The notes under the pieces are model-generated. The model made no database searches, was not told the DNA's origin, and worked only from the letters and a program-made list of their open reading frames with translations. From a virus (lineage: Duplodnaviria > Caudoviricetes), in IMG/VR virus record IMGVR_UViG_3300031269_000018, positions 1-54,952 of that record: a stretch of DNA of 54,952 nucleotides; one strand, 5' to 3'. The translations under genes were made by a program, and so were the position numbers. Positions 33,235 through 43,720 of the stretch are shown one piece after another. The first letter of the stretch is position 1; the number at the start of each line of letters is the position of its first letter.

Positions 33235-36200
33235 ATGCCTGGTTACCTAAGTAATCCAAGTGCAGGAAATATAAGAGTAGAAATACCAACAATAACACTA
33301 AGCTCAGATGGAGATTATATTGAGTTTAGCGGCTTTGCTAATGCAGATAACGAAGACGATAGATATGAAATCTTTGGTATGATATCTGGCTTTAATAGTA
33401 GATTAATATTGGATCCAGCTGAGCTACAAGTAAAAGCTAACGGAGGAAGTACTGAGAATTTTTCATCAGGTTATACACAACCCTCGGTAGGTACAGACTT
33501 TATAATAAGGATGCAACATAACGGAAGTGGTTATGATGCTTCCTTGGATGGAACAATAATAGGAACTCACTCTAGAGGTGACTTAGATTTTACAATTAAT
33601 TCTCTGCTGTCTTTTAATTCAACTGGAGCTAGAGGTTTTAAAGGAGGTATGTATTACTTTAAAGCTGGTACATCAGGTGGATTAACCCGAGATTACGATC
33701 CTGCATTATCTAGTGGCTCATCTACTGCTCTAGTTTGCAAAGTAGACAGTGATAATAACGGTACGATTGTTAATTATGCTACTGATGGAAGTCAATGGTT
33801 AGGTGGAAATGAAGTACCTACAGCAAACGCAGGAAGCTCAGTAACAGTAATAGAAGGAGAGGAGTTCCAGTTAGATGGTAGCGGATCATCAGATAGCGAT
33901 GGAACAGTAGCGTCTTACGCTTGGGCACAAACAGCAGGAACAACTACTGCGTTAAGTGATGCTACTGTTGTTAACCCAACAGCTACAAGAGGAGTAACGG
34001 GTACAGGTGAAACTCTTACTTACAGCTTAGTAGTCACAGATGACGCAGGAGGAGAAAGTGTAGCTAATACAGTTAATGTAGTTGTCAGTGCAATTGATGA
34101 AATCGCACCAGTTGCAGCAACTAACGGCAATCAAAGTAACTTAGCTGCGGACTCAACAGTGACATTGGATGGAACTGACTCTACTGATGAAGATGGAACA
34201 ATTGCTAGTTACGCTTGGACCCAAACAAGTGGCGATACAGTTTCTTTAACTAACGCTGATTCTGCAACAGCTACTTATACTGCGCCAGATATACCAGAAG
34301 AAAGTACTCTTGTGTTTTTACTTACTATTACAGATAACGATGGTAATACAGGTACGGCGTCTGTAACTCACAATATTGAAGGTAACGGTGCAATAATTCC
34401 CATTGACTTAGATACCGCACCACTTACTGCCAGTATATCACTAAGTTACATTGGTGCATTTTATGGGGCAAATATGCCATCAGCTCAACCTAGTTTTTGC
34501 ATTAGTGAAGACAGTGCAACTATGTTTGCTCAAGGCAGGGATGGCGTAGTTGTTCAATTCGCTATGCCAACTAATCTTGTCGATACAGCTACAGGGGGAA
34601 GCGCAGAGTTAATGAGTGAGCTACAGAGAACAGAAGATATGGTAAGTAGCTCTAGGATTAACTTAGGTATAACTGATCGGTTTAGAATTACAGGTATAAT
34701 GGAAAAAGATGGTCGTTTATTTATAAACTATATTGATTGGTATGACAACGCAGGAACACAGCAAACTACATTTATTTTTTCAGATTCTAGTGATTTAGAA
34801 AACTGCGTGGTTTATGGGCCGTTTGGTCTTGAGGGTCAAGCTAGAACAGGTGGCGTTATGCAAGCAATACCCCCTGAGTATTTAGAATTTTTTGGCGGTG
34901 ATTTTATTGGAGGTGCGCCTAATGGGAGTATTAGTAACAGATTTGATATGGGTCCATCTCTTAGGTCGTTCCAAAGTACAGACTTTACTAACACTAATGT
35001 TGGAAACGCTGACAATTACATAAGCGTAAGCGGTATAGAGTTTGCTGGCTATCCTTTTGGTAATGGAGAAGGAGTTAATGGCTTTACTGGATTTTATGAG
35101 CTACCCGAATTTGCAGAGTTTACAGAAGTTCAGAAAGGAACAGTTTTACCTGAAAACATAGAATTAGAAAAATCAGACGGTACGTTTACTAAAAATGATT
35201 GGTGGACTACAAGCAGCAAGTCTGTAGCAAATTTTGTTATTCCCGGTACTAAAACATTGTGTGTTGTAGCAGGAGTAGTAGGCGGAACAAGAGAACCTTA
35301 TTATACGGATGCAGTCGATTTACCTACTGATATTACACAGGGTATAGGGTATAAGACTAAAAACTGGTCTTATGACGCTGACAACAATACTTATGTTGAA
35401 GCAGAGTCAGAAGCAGGTGGTTACAGTGCAAGAATTGCCGATGATGCTTACCACAACTTTTTCTTGTTTAACTTAGACGATTACAATGACGCTAAAAACG
35501 GTGATATTGAATTATGGGAAGTACGACCCTACTACGTAGGTCAATTCAAAGGTTTAATACAAGAAGCGAGAGGTGGAACAGTAGCTATTCATACGGTCCC
35601 CGAAGCTGGTACTTTTGATTATAACTCTAACATATTATATTTGTGCTACCACAGAATAGGTGGAGTTGGTCAATATGACTATTCTCCTTTGTGGGCTGCA
35701 ATTGATGTTAATAGTATGGCAGATTTAGCTAAAGTAACCAACGGAGGTGTTGCAAGTACTAAACCTGTAATTACAGTATCAGGTAATTCAACTACTACAG
35801 TTACCGAAAGCGGAACTGTTCCAACTTTTACTGCATCAGCGTTAGATAATGATGGAAATAATATAACAGACGATATTGTTGTTAGTGGTGACACTGTCGA
35901 TACAGATGTGCCAGCAACTTATGTTATTAGGTATAACGTTGTTGATTCTGAAGGAGAAGCAGCAAATCAGGTTGTTAGGACAGTTATAGTAGAAGAGGCT
36001 CTCTCTGATGATGAACTTCCTGTAATAACTGTATCAGGAGAAGAAACTACTACTGTTACGCAAGGGGATGATGCGCCAGTGTTTGTTGCTACAGCATTAG
36101 ATAACCTTGATGGAGATATATCATCCAGTGTTATTGTCACAGGCTCAGTAGATACAAGTACAATTGGGTCATACGATCTTACATTTGCTGTAGAAGATGC

Positions 36201-36474
36201 TGCGGGTAACTTTGCAATAGAAGTAATTAGAACAATTATTGTACAAGAAGTAGGAACTTCCACATTAAACCTTTCATTAACAGGCATACCTAACGGCACT
36301 TATTCGGTGAGAGTTATAAATAAAGCTAATAATGCTTTAAGCTTTACGCAAAATGTAACGTTTACTGACAGCACCGCTTCTCTTTCAATCAGTGTAGCAG
36401 CAAGTTCAGCCTTCGAATACTTTACAGTGGACGGAGACGCTTACGGACTTAGTGTGACAGGAGTAACAGTATAA
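33235..36474 (+). CDS. Large acidic multidomain protein: lectin-like N-terminus, 2 PKD-like Ig, central beta-rich domain, 2 DUF5011-like Ig
   Basis: PTANAG..LDGSGSSDSDG..SYAWAQT x2; PVITVSG..ALD..DG..VDT...Y...Y.V.D..G x2; no signal peptide. Confidence 0.75.
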   Translation: MPGYLSNPSAGNIRVEIPTITLSSDGDYIEFSGFANADNEDDRYEIFGMISGFNSRLILDPAELQVKANGGSTENFSSGYTQPSVGTDFIIRMQHNGSGYDASLDGTIIGTHSRGDLDFTINSLLSFNSTGARGFKGGMYYFKAGTSGGLTRDYDPALSSGSSTALVCKVDSDNNGTIVNYATDGSQWLGGNEVPTANAGSSVTVIEGEEFQLDGSGSSDSDGTVASYAWAQTAGTTTALSDATVVNPTATRGVTGTGETLTYSLVVTDDAGGESVANTVNVVVSAIDEIAPVAATNGNQSNLAADSTVTLDGTDSTDEDGTIASYAWTQTSGDTVSLTNADSATATYTAPDIPEESTLVFLLTITDNDGNTGTASVTHNIEGNGAIIPIDLDTAPLTASISLSYIGAFYGANMPSAQPSFCISEDSATMFAQGRDGVVVQFAMPTNLVDTATGGSAELMSELQRTEDMVSSSRINLGITDRFRITGIMEKDGRLFINYIDWYDNAGTQQTTFIFSDSSDLENCVVYGPFGLEGQARTGGVMQAIPPEYLEFFGGDFIGGAPNGSISNRFDMGPSLRSFQSTDFTNTNVGNADNYISVSGIEFAGYPFGNGEGVNGFTGFYELPEFAEFTEVQKGTVLPENIELEKSDGTFTKNDWWTTSSKSVANFVIPGTKTLCVVAGVVGGTREPYYTDAVDLPTDITQGIGYKTKNWSYDADNNTYVEAESEAGGYSARIADDAYHNFFLFNLDDYNDAKNGDIELWEVRPYYVGQFKGLIQEARGGTVAIHTVPEAGTFDYNSNILYLCYHRIGGVGQYDYSPLWAAIDVNSMADLAKVTNGGVASTKPVITVSGNSTTTVTESGTVPTFTASALDNDGNNITDDIVVSGDTVDTDVPATYVIRYNVVDSEGEAANQVVRTVIVEEALSDDELPVITVSGEETTTVTQGDDAPVFVATALDNLDGDISSSVIVTGSVDTSTIGSYDLTFAVEDAAGNFAIEVIRTIIVQEVGTSTLNLSLTGIPNGTYSVRVINKANNALSFTQNVTFTDSTASLSISVAASSAFEYFTVDGDAYGLSVTGVTV

Positions 36475-36743
36475 TGAGCTTAGGCACTTGGAACACAGAA
36501 GGGCAAGGAGGTTGGCAAACTTCTGCGCCATTCAATCCAATACCAGTAGCAGCACCAGTTGACGTAACGGTTAAATCACCGACTGTAATCTTTCGAAAAA
36601 TAAATGCGTCTGCATTAGTGCAACAACTTGAAGGCCCGGAACCTAAATATCCAGTGTATACATTTGGATCTACTCGTAAATTTGAGCGCCCAGAACACCC
36701 TGGCAATGAATACCGATGGCTCGATGATCAAGAGGATTTTTAA
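36474..36743 (+). CDS. Hypothetical protein
   Basis: 89 aa, TAATG coupling, GGAG RBS. Confidence 0.65.
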   Translation: MSLGTWNTEGQGGWQTSAPFNPIPVAAPVDVTVKSPTVIFRKINASALVQQLEGPEPKYPVYTFGSTRKFERPEHPGNEYRWLDDQEDF

Positions 36744-36745
36744 TA

Positions 36746-37198
36746 ATGAGTATTATTCTATCTAATAACTATGTGTTAACGAAACAAAAAGCTAAAAATA
36801 AACTTATAGCTGATATTGATGAAGAAGCAAAAGCTCAGCGAAAAATTGAATTAGAAATAGTTCAAGATCCGGAAGAGGCGATTTTTAGAATTAAAGATTT
36901 TGAAGTTGCCAAGATGATTGGAGCCGCACTTTGCCATAAATATCCGAACCATGGATGGCAAATTGAAGCAGATAGTCGCAACGGCATAGCAAAAATATTT
37001 ATGTCTCAAATGAGCAGTTCTCAGGGCTATATTTACAAGCTAAAAGATATCTCACTTGGTACTTTTGACCGTGAGATGATGCGAGTAGGGGGTGAAATGC
37101 TTGAACGTTTTAGCATATCACGGGGTAGATTTAATGAGGACAGCATTAAAAACGTAATGCGTGATCCTCGCGGCAACGCAATAGCGGATTTATCATGA
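36746..37198 (+). CDS. Hypothetical protein preceding portal
   Basis: 150 aa, ATGA-coupled to portal. Confidence 0.7.
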   Translation: MSIILSNNYVLTKQKAKNKLIADIDEEAKAQRKIELEIVQDPEEAIFRIKDFEVAKMIGAALCHKYPNHGWQIEADSRNGIAKIFMSQMSSSQGYIYKLKDISLGTFDREMMRVGGEMLERFSISRGRFNEDSIKNVMRDPRGNAIADLS

Positions 37199-39363
37199 GC
37201 AGAACTGATACGCAAGACACTGATGAAGTATTGACGCAAGGTTATACGAAAGAAGATAAACCTAATACGAAATCAGAAAAAGAAGCTTACTTTATTGAAT
37301 TAGCACGAAGCAACTTTAACACTGCTAAAACGTACATGGATACAGCTCTTTCAACGCAGTGGGAGCAAAATGCTGATCACTTTAACAATAAGCATGGAAG
37401 AAGAAGTAGATACAACTCAAAACAGCATAAAGGCAGCAGCCGTATATTTAGGCCATTAAGTAGAGCATCTGAGCGGTCCTCATCGGCAACAGCAGCAGCA
37501 GCACTTTTCAGCAACTTAGATGTGCTTGACTTACAACCAGAAAATAAAAACGATCCCGCTCAAGTATTCTCAGCTAGAGTAATGAAAAACATCGTTGCTT
37601 ATTATCTTGATAGAAAAATCCCATGGTATTTAACTGTTATGGGCGCTTGGCAAGACACTCGTGTGTATGGACCTTGCTGCAGCTTTACAGATTGGCGTTT
37701 TAAATCAAAAGAAGTTACAACCGAAGTACCAGTTTTAAATATATATGGCAAACCCAAAGAAGATGGAAGTACACAAAAAATAACTGAAACCGTTGTAGTA
37801 AAAGATGAGCCATATATTGATTTGATCCCAGTTGAGAATTTACTTTTAGATCCCGCTTGTGACTGGAGGGACCCAATTAATTCCAGTCCGTATGTCATTT
37901 ACTTAAAAGCAATGGCGATCACCGATGCTACGCACATGATGGCAAGCGGAGAATGGAATACTTACTCAGAAACGGAATTACTCGCTGCCACTGATCATAC
38001 GTACAACACTGTGACATCAGCTCGTGACGGCGATAACCGCCCGGATGCTCGTGACAGCCAAACAAAAACAGAGTTTAAAACTGTTTGGATACATTACAAC
38101 TTTGTAAGAATGGATGGTGAGGAGTATTTCTACTTAACAGCAGGAACTCAATTACTTCTTACAGACATTAAAAAACTAGAAGAAGAGTATCCAGCGGGTG
38201 TCCGACCTCTTACATATGGTTTCAGCGTAATTGAAGCACATAAGTTTGCGCCTAACTCACCAACTGAAATTATCAGTGGGTTGCAAGTAGGAGTCAATGA
38301 CATTGCAAATTTGCGTATTGATAACATTCGGTTAGCTTTGAATAAACGATATGTAATTCGGCGTGGAGCTACCGTTGACCTTGAAGCATTAATGCGTTCT
38401 GTACCTGGTGGCGGTATTGTCACAGATGACGTAGATAAAGACATCAAAGTACTAGACACACGAGATGTAACAGGATCTAGCTACAAAGAACAAGAAAGAC
38501 TCGAAACTGAAAGTAACGATATTTCAGGAACGTTTATGGGCAGTTCAATTCAAAACAACAGAAACTTAAATCAAACTGTAGGTGGCATGGAAATGCTTGC
38601 AGATGGACAAAGTGCACTAAGTGACATGGATATCCGAACGTTTGCTGAGTCATGGGTAAAACCGCAACTTGAACTGCTCATTCTAAATATTCAAGCTTTC
38701 ACACCTGACGAAGTTATTCAGACTATTGCACTAGAAGGCGCTGAAAAAGATCTACAGTACTTGCAACGTTTTGAAGCTGAATTTGAAAAAGGTCCAGAAG
38801 GTGATGTAAAGCGAAGAGAGTTGAAAAACAACTTAATGGCCAAAACGCTAAAAGAAAAAATGACGGTAAGAGTCAATGTCGGATTAGGAGCTACAAGTCC
38901 ACAACGTAAAGTATCTACATTACTTTCAGCTGTCACAGCCGCAATGCAGTTACCTGGCCAGGGCGCTCGTATTAACGAAGAAGAAGTTACCAAAGAAATA
39001 TTTACTGCAAGTGGATTAGCGGATGGAGCTCGTTTCATATTGCCGAAAGAAGATGAGCCACAACTGACGCAAGAAGATCTGCAAGCAGCTCAAGAGCAAG
39101 GCATGCAAGAAGGCCAAGACCAGATTAAATTACGTGAGATTGAAGCTAATTTAACTTTAGGTGAAGGCAAACTAGAGCTACAGCGTGAGTTAGGATATGC
39201 AGAGCTTGCACAAAAGGAAAATATAACGTTGAAAGAATTAGAAACTAGACTTGAAATTACATATCGCAAAGATCAAACACATAGAGACATATCAGCTTTA
39301 CGTGAAAGATTAAAATCTCAAGAGTTAGAATTTAAACGAGTGACAGGCAAACCAGGAATATAG
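37195..39363 (+). CDS. Portal protein (P22/podovirus-like with C-terminal helical barrel)
   Basis: 722 aa between TerL and scaffold; LQ..VNDIANLRIDN motif, coiled-coil tail. Confidence 0.85.
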   Translation: MSRTDTQDTDEVLTQGYTKEDKPNTKSEKEAYFIELARSNFNTAKTYMDTALSTQWEQNADHFNNKHGRRSRYNSKQHKGSSRIFRPLSRASERSSSATAAAALFSNLDVLDLQPENKNDPAQVFSARVMKNIVAYYLDRKIPWYLTVMGAWQDTRVYGPCCSFTDWRFKSKEVTTEVPVLNIYGKPKEDGSTQKITETVVVKDEPYIDLIPVENLLLDPACDWRDPINSSPYVIYLKAMAITDATHMMASGEWNTYSETELLAATDHTYNTVTSARDGDNRPDARDSQTKTEFKTVWIHYNFVRMDGEEYFYLTAGTQLLLTDIKKLEEEYPAGVRPLTYGFSVIEAHKFAPNSPTEIISGLQVGVNDIANLRIDNIRLALNKRYVIRRGATVDLEALMRSVPGGGIVTDDVDKDIKVLDTRDVTGSSYKEQERLETESNDISGTFMGSSIQNNRNLNQTVGGMEMLADGQSALSDMDIRTFAESWVKPQLELLILNIQAFTPDEVIQTIALEGAEKDLQYLQRFEAEFEKGPEGDVKRRELKNNLMAKTLKEKMTVRVNVGLGATSPQRKVSTLLSAVTAAMQLPGQGARINEEEVTKEIFTASGLADGARFILPKEDEPQLTQEDLQAAQEQGMQEGQDQIKLREIEANLTLGEGKLELQRELGYAELAQKENITLKELETRLEITYRKDQTHRDISALRERLKSQELEFKRVTGKPGI

Positions 39364-39717
39364 GTGATGGCAATGGATGAAGAGATATTCGAAGACAGCG
39401 AATACACCTCAGAAGAACAACGAACATTAGAAGCAGATGTTGAAAAAGTACTGATTGAGTGGAGAGCCAAAGTAACAGACGCGGATAACGCAAGACAATG
39501 GTTAAATACGAATCTAGGCAAGCGAGTCTTGGTAGCACTTAAAACAAATCAGATGGCAGCGATGAAAAAATGCATAACTGCTACTGATGCCAATTTAATT
39601 AAAGAAGCGCAATTTGATTATAAAGTTTATTGTCAAGTTGAAACGATTATTGGAAGTGTGATCATGGAAGGTCAGCAAGCACTATCAGAATTAGAATCAA
39701 GAAAGTATTTCGACTAA
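39364..39717 (+). CDS. Hypothetical head-module protein
   Basis: 117 aa helical, between portal and scaffold. Confidence 0.7.
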   Translation: MMAMDEEIFEDSEYTSEEQRTLEADVEKVLIEWRAKVTDADNARQWLNTNLGKRVLVALKTNQMAAMKKCITATDANLIKEAQFDYKVYCQVETIIGSVIMEGQQALSELESRKYFD

Positions 39718-39733
39718 CTCATATAGGTGACAT

Positions 39734-40777
39734 ATGAAAACTAAAAATAAAAGTACGGATCCAAAGGTTTCAACAGTAGTTGATAATGAAGTAGAAGAAG
39801 TTATTGCAGACCAAGTTGCTTCTTCTGATAAAGAGCTTGGCGATGACGTGGATGATGAACCGATTGTAAGAGTTCCGAGTCCTCGTGAAGAGATGATGAA
39901 GGAAATACTTGAGTCTCGCGGAAAAGACCGACCCATTGCGGATGATGACGATGAAAGCGGTACGTTTGACATCAACCAGGAAAAAGTTGACACACCTGCA
40001 AAAATAGACAATACTTCAATTGTGTCTCAAGGTGGAGAGTCTTTTTTAAAGCTTAAAGTTGATGGTGTTGAAAAACAAATACCTATTCAAGAAGCGATAA
40101 AAATACTTCAAAAATCAGACAGTGCGGATGCTAAATTAAAACAAGCTGCATTGATACTGAAACAAGCCGAAGAGAAGCGGCAGTCCCAAACATTTACCCC
40201 TCCAGATAATGTCAAAGGAACTGCTGTAGAAAGTAGGGAGTCATTGAAGAATGCCCTTACAAAGCTATATGATGGCGATATTGATGAAGCTACGGAAGCT
40301 CTTAGTTCATTATTCTCCGGTAGAAGTGGAAGCGTATCAAACGAAGAACTCAGCAATCTTTTTGATTCTAAAATGCATCAAAGAGACGACGATAAGAATC
40401 TTCAAACTGCATATAAAGGTTTTCAGAAAAACGAAAACTTTAACCATATCTTGCAGGATCCTACACTGACATCGAAGTTAGATATCATCACGGCTGAGCT
40501 ACAGCAAGATCCTGAGTTTTTAGCTACAAGCCCCAGTTACGAAGACTACTTCACAGAAGCAGGTAACAGGGTAAACGAGTGGCTAGGAACGTTGACGAAT
40601 CAACCTAATAAGCAAAAGCCCACAGAAAACCAAGACTCAGTTAACTCGTTAAAAAAGCGAAAAGGCGAAGGTCTACAAAGCATGACTGTTCGCAGAGGCG
40701 CACCTACTCCAGAAAAACCTCGTACTCGTGGTGATATCTTAGGGGAAATGGCATCTCGCAGAGGTCAGAGAATTTAA
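39734..40777 (+). CDS. Capsid scaffolding protein
   Basis: Acidic N-terminus, KLKVDGVEKQI motif, basic tail, precedes MCP. Confidence 0.75.
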   Translation: MKTKNKSTDPKVSTVVDNEVEEVIADQVASSDKELGDDVDDEPIVRVPSPREEMMKEILESRGKDRPIADDDDESGTFDINQEKVDTPAKIDNTSIVSQGGESFLKLKVDGVEKQIPIQEAIKILQKSDSADAKLKQAALILKQAEEKRQSQTFTPPDNVKGTAVESRESLKNALTKLYDGDIDEATEALSSLFSGRSGSVSNEELSNLFDSKMHQRDDDKNLQTAYKGFQKNENFNHILQDPTLTSKLDIITAELQQDPEFLATSPSYEDYFTEAGNRVNEWLGTLTNQPNKQKPTENQDSVNSLKKRKGEGLQSMTVRRGAPTPEKPRTRGDILGEMASRRGQRI

Positions 40778-40794
40778 AAATCTAGGAGTTATTT

Positions 40795-41748
40795 ATGGCA
40801 GGTCAAGTATGGGGTACTGATGCAGACGGTGGTTACATGTATTCAGATGAGTTATCTGATTTCTTACGCACCGAATTGCAACCATTAAGCCGCTTTCGCC
40901 AATTTTGTGATATCAAAGAGGGCAAGGGCACAGGCAAGGGCGAAAAATTCAACTGGAACATCTACAGCGATGTTGAGACAGACGGTGATGCACTTGATGA
41001 GTCACATGCAATGCCCGAAACAAAGTTTTCAATTACGCAAGGCACGTTAACAGTGACGGAATACGGAAACTCTGTACCGTACACTAAGAAACTTGATGAT
41101 TTATCTCGTCATCCAGTGCGTGAAGTAATCAATAAAGTGCTTAAACACGACGCTCGAAAAACGTTAGATCGGGCAGCTTATGCTCAATTTGCGTCATCGC
41201 GAGTTACCTTGGCGCCAACTGGCGGTACATCTACAACATCTGTAGCATCTCAGGCAGGCGCAGTAGGTGCAGAGTCTTCAATCACAAATAACGCAGCTAT
41301 GTCCATTGATCATGTTAAGGCTATTGCGGATTTGATGAAGGAACGAGAGATCACTCCTTACATGGGTGACGATTACTTCTCATTAGCAAGACCAACCACT
41401 TTACGTCCATTTAAAAATGAACTCGAGCAAATTCATCAGTACGTTGAATCAGGCATGCAGCTTATTTTCAATGGTGAGACAGGTCGCTATGAAGGCATTC
41501 GTTTTGTAGAGCAAACAAATGTCGCGAGCAAAGGTTGGACAAACGCAAAATCAGATGAAGCATTCTTTTTTGGTGCTGATACAGTTGCGGAAGCAATCGT
41601 AGAGCCCGAGCAAGTTCGTGGTAAGATACCCACTGATTTTGGTCGTAGTCGTGGTCTTGCATGGTATTACTTAGGTGGTTTTGGGATTTCTCATAACTCT
41701 GCCGGTGGTGCTCAGAACCGTATTTTAAAATGGTCTTCAGCTGCTTAA
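40795..41748 (+). CDS. Major capsid protein (HK97 fold)
   Basis: 317 aa, AGGAG RBS, TVTEYGN, GETGRYEGIRFVE, DFGRSRGLAWY patterns. Confidence 0.88.
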   Translation: MAGQVWGTDADGGYMYSDELSDFLRTELQPLSRFRQFCDIKEGKGTGKGEKFNWNIYSDVETDGDALDESHAMPETKFSITQGTLTVTEYGNSVPYTKKLDDLSRHPVREVINKVLKHDARKTLDRAAYAQFASSRVTLAPTGGTSTTSVASQAGAVGAESSITNNAAMSIDHVKAIADLMKEREITPYMGDDYFSLARPTTLRPFKNELEQIHQYVESGMQLIFNGETGRYEGIRFVEQTNVASKGWTNAKSDEAFFFGADTVAEAIVEPEQVRGKIPTDFGRSRGLAWYYLGGFGISHNSAGGAQNRILKWSSAA

Positions 41749-41783
41749 TTAGCAGCTAGAAAACCTCTTAACAGGAGAACGTT

Positions 41784-42002
41784 ATGAAAGATCATAGTCC
41801 CAATGAAGGTGAGAACAACATGCACTTTTCAGGTAACTCTGAAGGTGGACGTAGCTCATCTATAGTCGATAAAGCGGGTGTCGAAGATGGTTTATCATCT
41901 ATGGAAGCATGCGCAGACTGTAAAAATATGGGTGATGTCACTCACAACCAACGCCCAATGGCTGATTCAATGAGCTCTGGCTCGTTCAAGATTGGAACTT
42001 AG
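41784..42002 (+). CDS. Hypothetical protein
   Basis: 72 aa, AGGAG RBS. Confidence 0.65.
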   Translation: MKDHSPNEGENNMHFSGNSEGGRSSSIVDKAGVEDGLSSMEACADCKNMGDVTHNQRPMADSMSSGSFKIGT

Positions 42003-42011
42003 GAGTAATTT

Positions 42012-42380
42012 ATGGCTACATATGATAATCCGGTTCGAATGACGTATTCAGTACTTGCAGCGGCGATTGACACTTCAGGTACGTTGTTATTGATGTCGGG
42101 ACCTAAAGGAATGAAAGGTAGAGTTGAGTCAATTACATTTGTTGCGACTGTCGCAACTACTGTAGCGGTTACTGTTCTATCAGTTGGTTCAGTTGGTGAT
42201 ACCGACAAGTACGCGATAAATACGGTTCCAATTGCTGCTATTGCAGCTGTGTCGAATACAACTACTATTCTAAACTCAGATACAAACCTAATCCCAGCGG
42301 ATGAAGCCGTAGTACTTGCTTCAGATGGTGGGTCCACTGCAGGCGATGGCAACGTATATGTTGTAATTGCTTGGTTCTAG
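42012..42380 (+). CDS. Probable capsid decoration/minor capsid protein
   Basis: 122 aa beta-rich, AGGAG RBS, between MCP and terminator. Confidence 0.6.
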   Translation: MATYDNPVRMTYSVLAAAIDTSGTLLLMSGPKGMKGRVESITFVATVATTVAVTVLSVGSVGDTDKYAINTVPIAAIAAVSNTTTILNSDTNLIPADEAVVLASDGGSTAGDGNVYVVIAWF

Positions 42381-42397
42381 TTTGTCACCGGGAGGAT

Positions 42398-42423
42398 GGG
42401 GCTTCGGCCCCTGAATCTTTTTT
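42398..42423 (+). terminator. Terminator after capsid genes
   Basis: GGGGC-TTCG-GCCCC then TGAATCTTTTTT. Confidence 0.65.
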
Positions 42424-42436
42424 CTAGGAAATATTT

Positions 42437-42682
42437 ATGTATTGTGTATGGAAAAGAGTAAATCAAGGATCTTTGGATTCTCCTGAATCACTTTTAAATC
42501 AAGGTGATTACCCTGTTTTGGTAGATCAAGTAAAACCTCAAGACTGCGGTGATATGGGTTTTTGGGCGATGGAAGACGAATTAACAGTGGCTAATAAAGA
42601 TACGAGTGGTAGTATTACAGAAGGCGTCTCCATGGAGCGTTCAATGTATTTTAGTAATATTAGAAAAACATCAAGTTATTAA
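42437..42682 (+). CDS. Hypothetical protein
   Basis: 81 aa in late operon. Confidence 0.55.
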   Translation: MYCVWKRVNQGSLDSPESLLNQGDYPVLVDQVKPQDCGDMGFWAMEDELTVANKDTSGSITEGVSMERSMYFSNIRKTSSY

Positions 42683-42691
42683 GGTGACAAC

Positions 42692-43024
42692 ATGAAATTT
42701 GATCCCACAAAATCCCATATGACGATACATGGACAAGATCCTTCTTTTCCAGGTGCTCGCTACCAGCAAGGCTCTTTTGTATATGATACGCACCATAGAG
42801 TTATTAGTGGCGTAGATCCAAATGCAGACAAGACGCCAGCTCAAGTTGCAAAGCAAGAAGTAATAGAGAAACTAGCTAAAGAGTTGCAAGTTCTTACGGA
42901 CAAGCTTAAAGAAGCGCAATCTAAATATGATTCAGATCAGACAACGCAAACAAAAGCTTCTCTGACCAAAGCAACGAATAAGTATGAAGCTGCTAGAGAA
43001 GAACTTTCTGAAATAGCGAGTTAA
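42692..43024 (+). CDS. Hypothetical protein (C-terminal coiled coil)
   Basis: 110 aa, AAGGTG RBS. Confidence 0.7.
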   Translation: MKFDPTKSHMTIHGQDPSFPGARYQQGSFVYDTHHRVISGVDPNADKTPAQVAKQEVIEKLAKELQVLTDKLKEAQSKYDSDQTTQTKASLTKATNKYEAAREELSEIAS

Positions 43025-43029
43025 TCAAA

Positions 43030-43704
43030 ATGTATTCAACTTTCTTAGAACTCTGTCAAGCGTTAATGGAAGAAGCTGGTATTTCAGGCACAATAACATC
43101 TGTAAAAAATCAGACAGGCGAGCGCAAGAGAGTTGTAGGATGGATTCGCAGGTCATGCATGCTAGTAGAAGGTACATTTACAAATTGGAATTTTCTACAT
43201 GAATTTTATCAGTTTAATACTGTAGCACAGATTTCAGATTACCCTCCTCCATCCGATCACAATGTTTGGGATACTGCGACTGGTAGCCTTCCAAATGATC
43301 AATCAGAGTTATTCTTTACGCCGTGGGTTAGAAAGAAAAAAGAGTTTCAAGAAGAATCGTTTGGCTCTCCTTTTGCGTTTACAGTACTGCCATCGCATAT
43401 AATAAGACTTTACGATACTCCAAATACAGTGGTTCCTATTTCGATGGAATACTATCGAGCCCCTACCGAAATGATCGAGAACACTGACACACCTGCGATA
43501 CCTTTGCAGTACCGTGACATAATAATTTACAAGGCTTTAGGGCTTTACGCAAAATATGAAAATGCGGATGAACTGTTACTATCTTCAAGAGAAGATTACA
43601 GCATGCGTTGGGATCAACTACGAGCAAGAGAATTACCTGGTACGCAAGGCATGCAAGCTACGAGCACAGGAATGGATATTCAAGTCGTTGCTGGCGACCA
43701 TTAA
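43030..43704 (+). CDS. Head-tail adaptor / tail tubular protein A-like
   Basis: TFLELCQAL N-terminus, WNFL, P.IP..Y..IIIY; size and position. Confidence 0.7.
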   Translation: MYSTFLELCQALMEEAGISGTITSVKNQTGERKRVVGWIRRSCMLVEGTFTNWNFLHEFYQFNTVAQISDYPPPSDHNVWDTATGSLPNDQSELFFTPWVRKKKEFQEESFGSPFAFTVLPSHIIRLYDTPNTVVPISMEYYRAPTEMIENTDTPAIPLQYRDIIIYKALGLYAKYENADELLLSSREDYSMRWDQLRARELPGTQGMQATSTGMDIQVVAGDH

Positions 43705-43720
43705 GGTTAAGGTGTGATAT

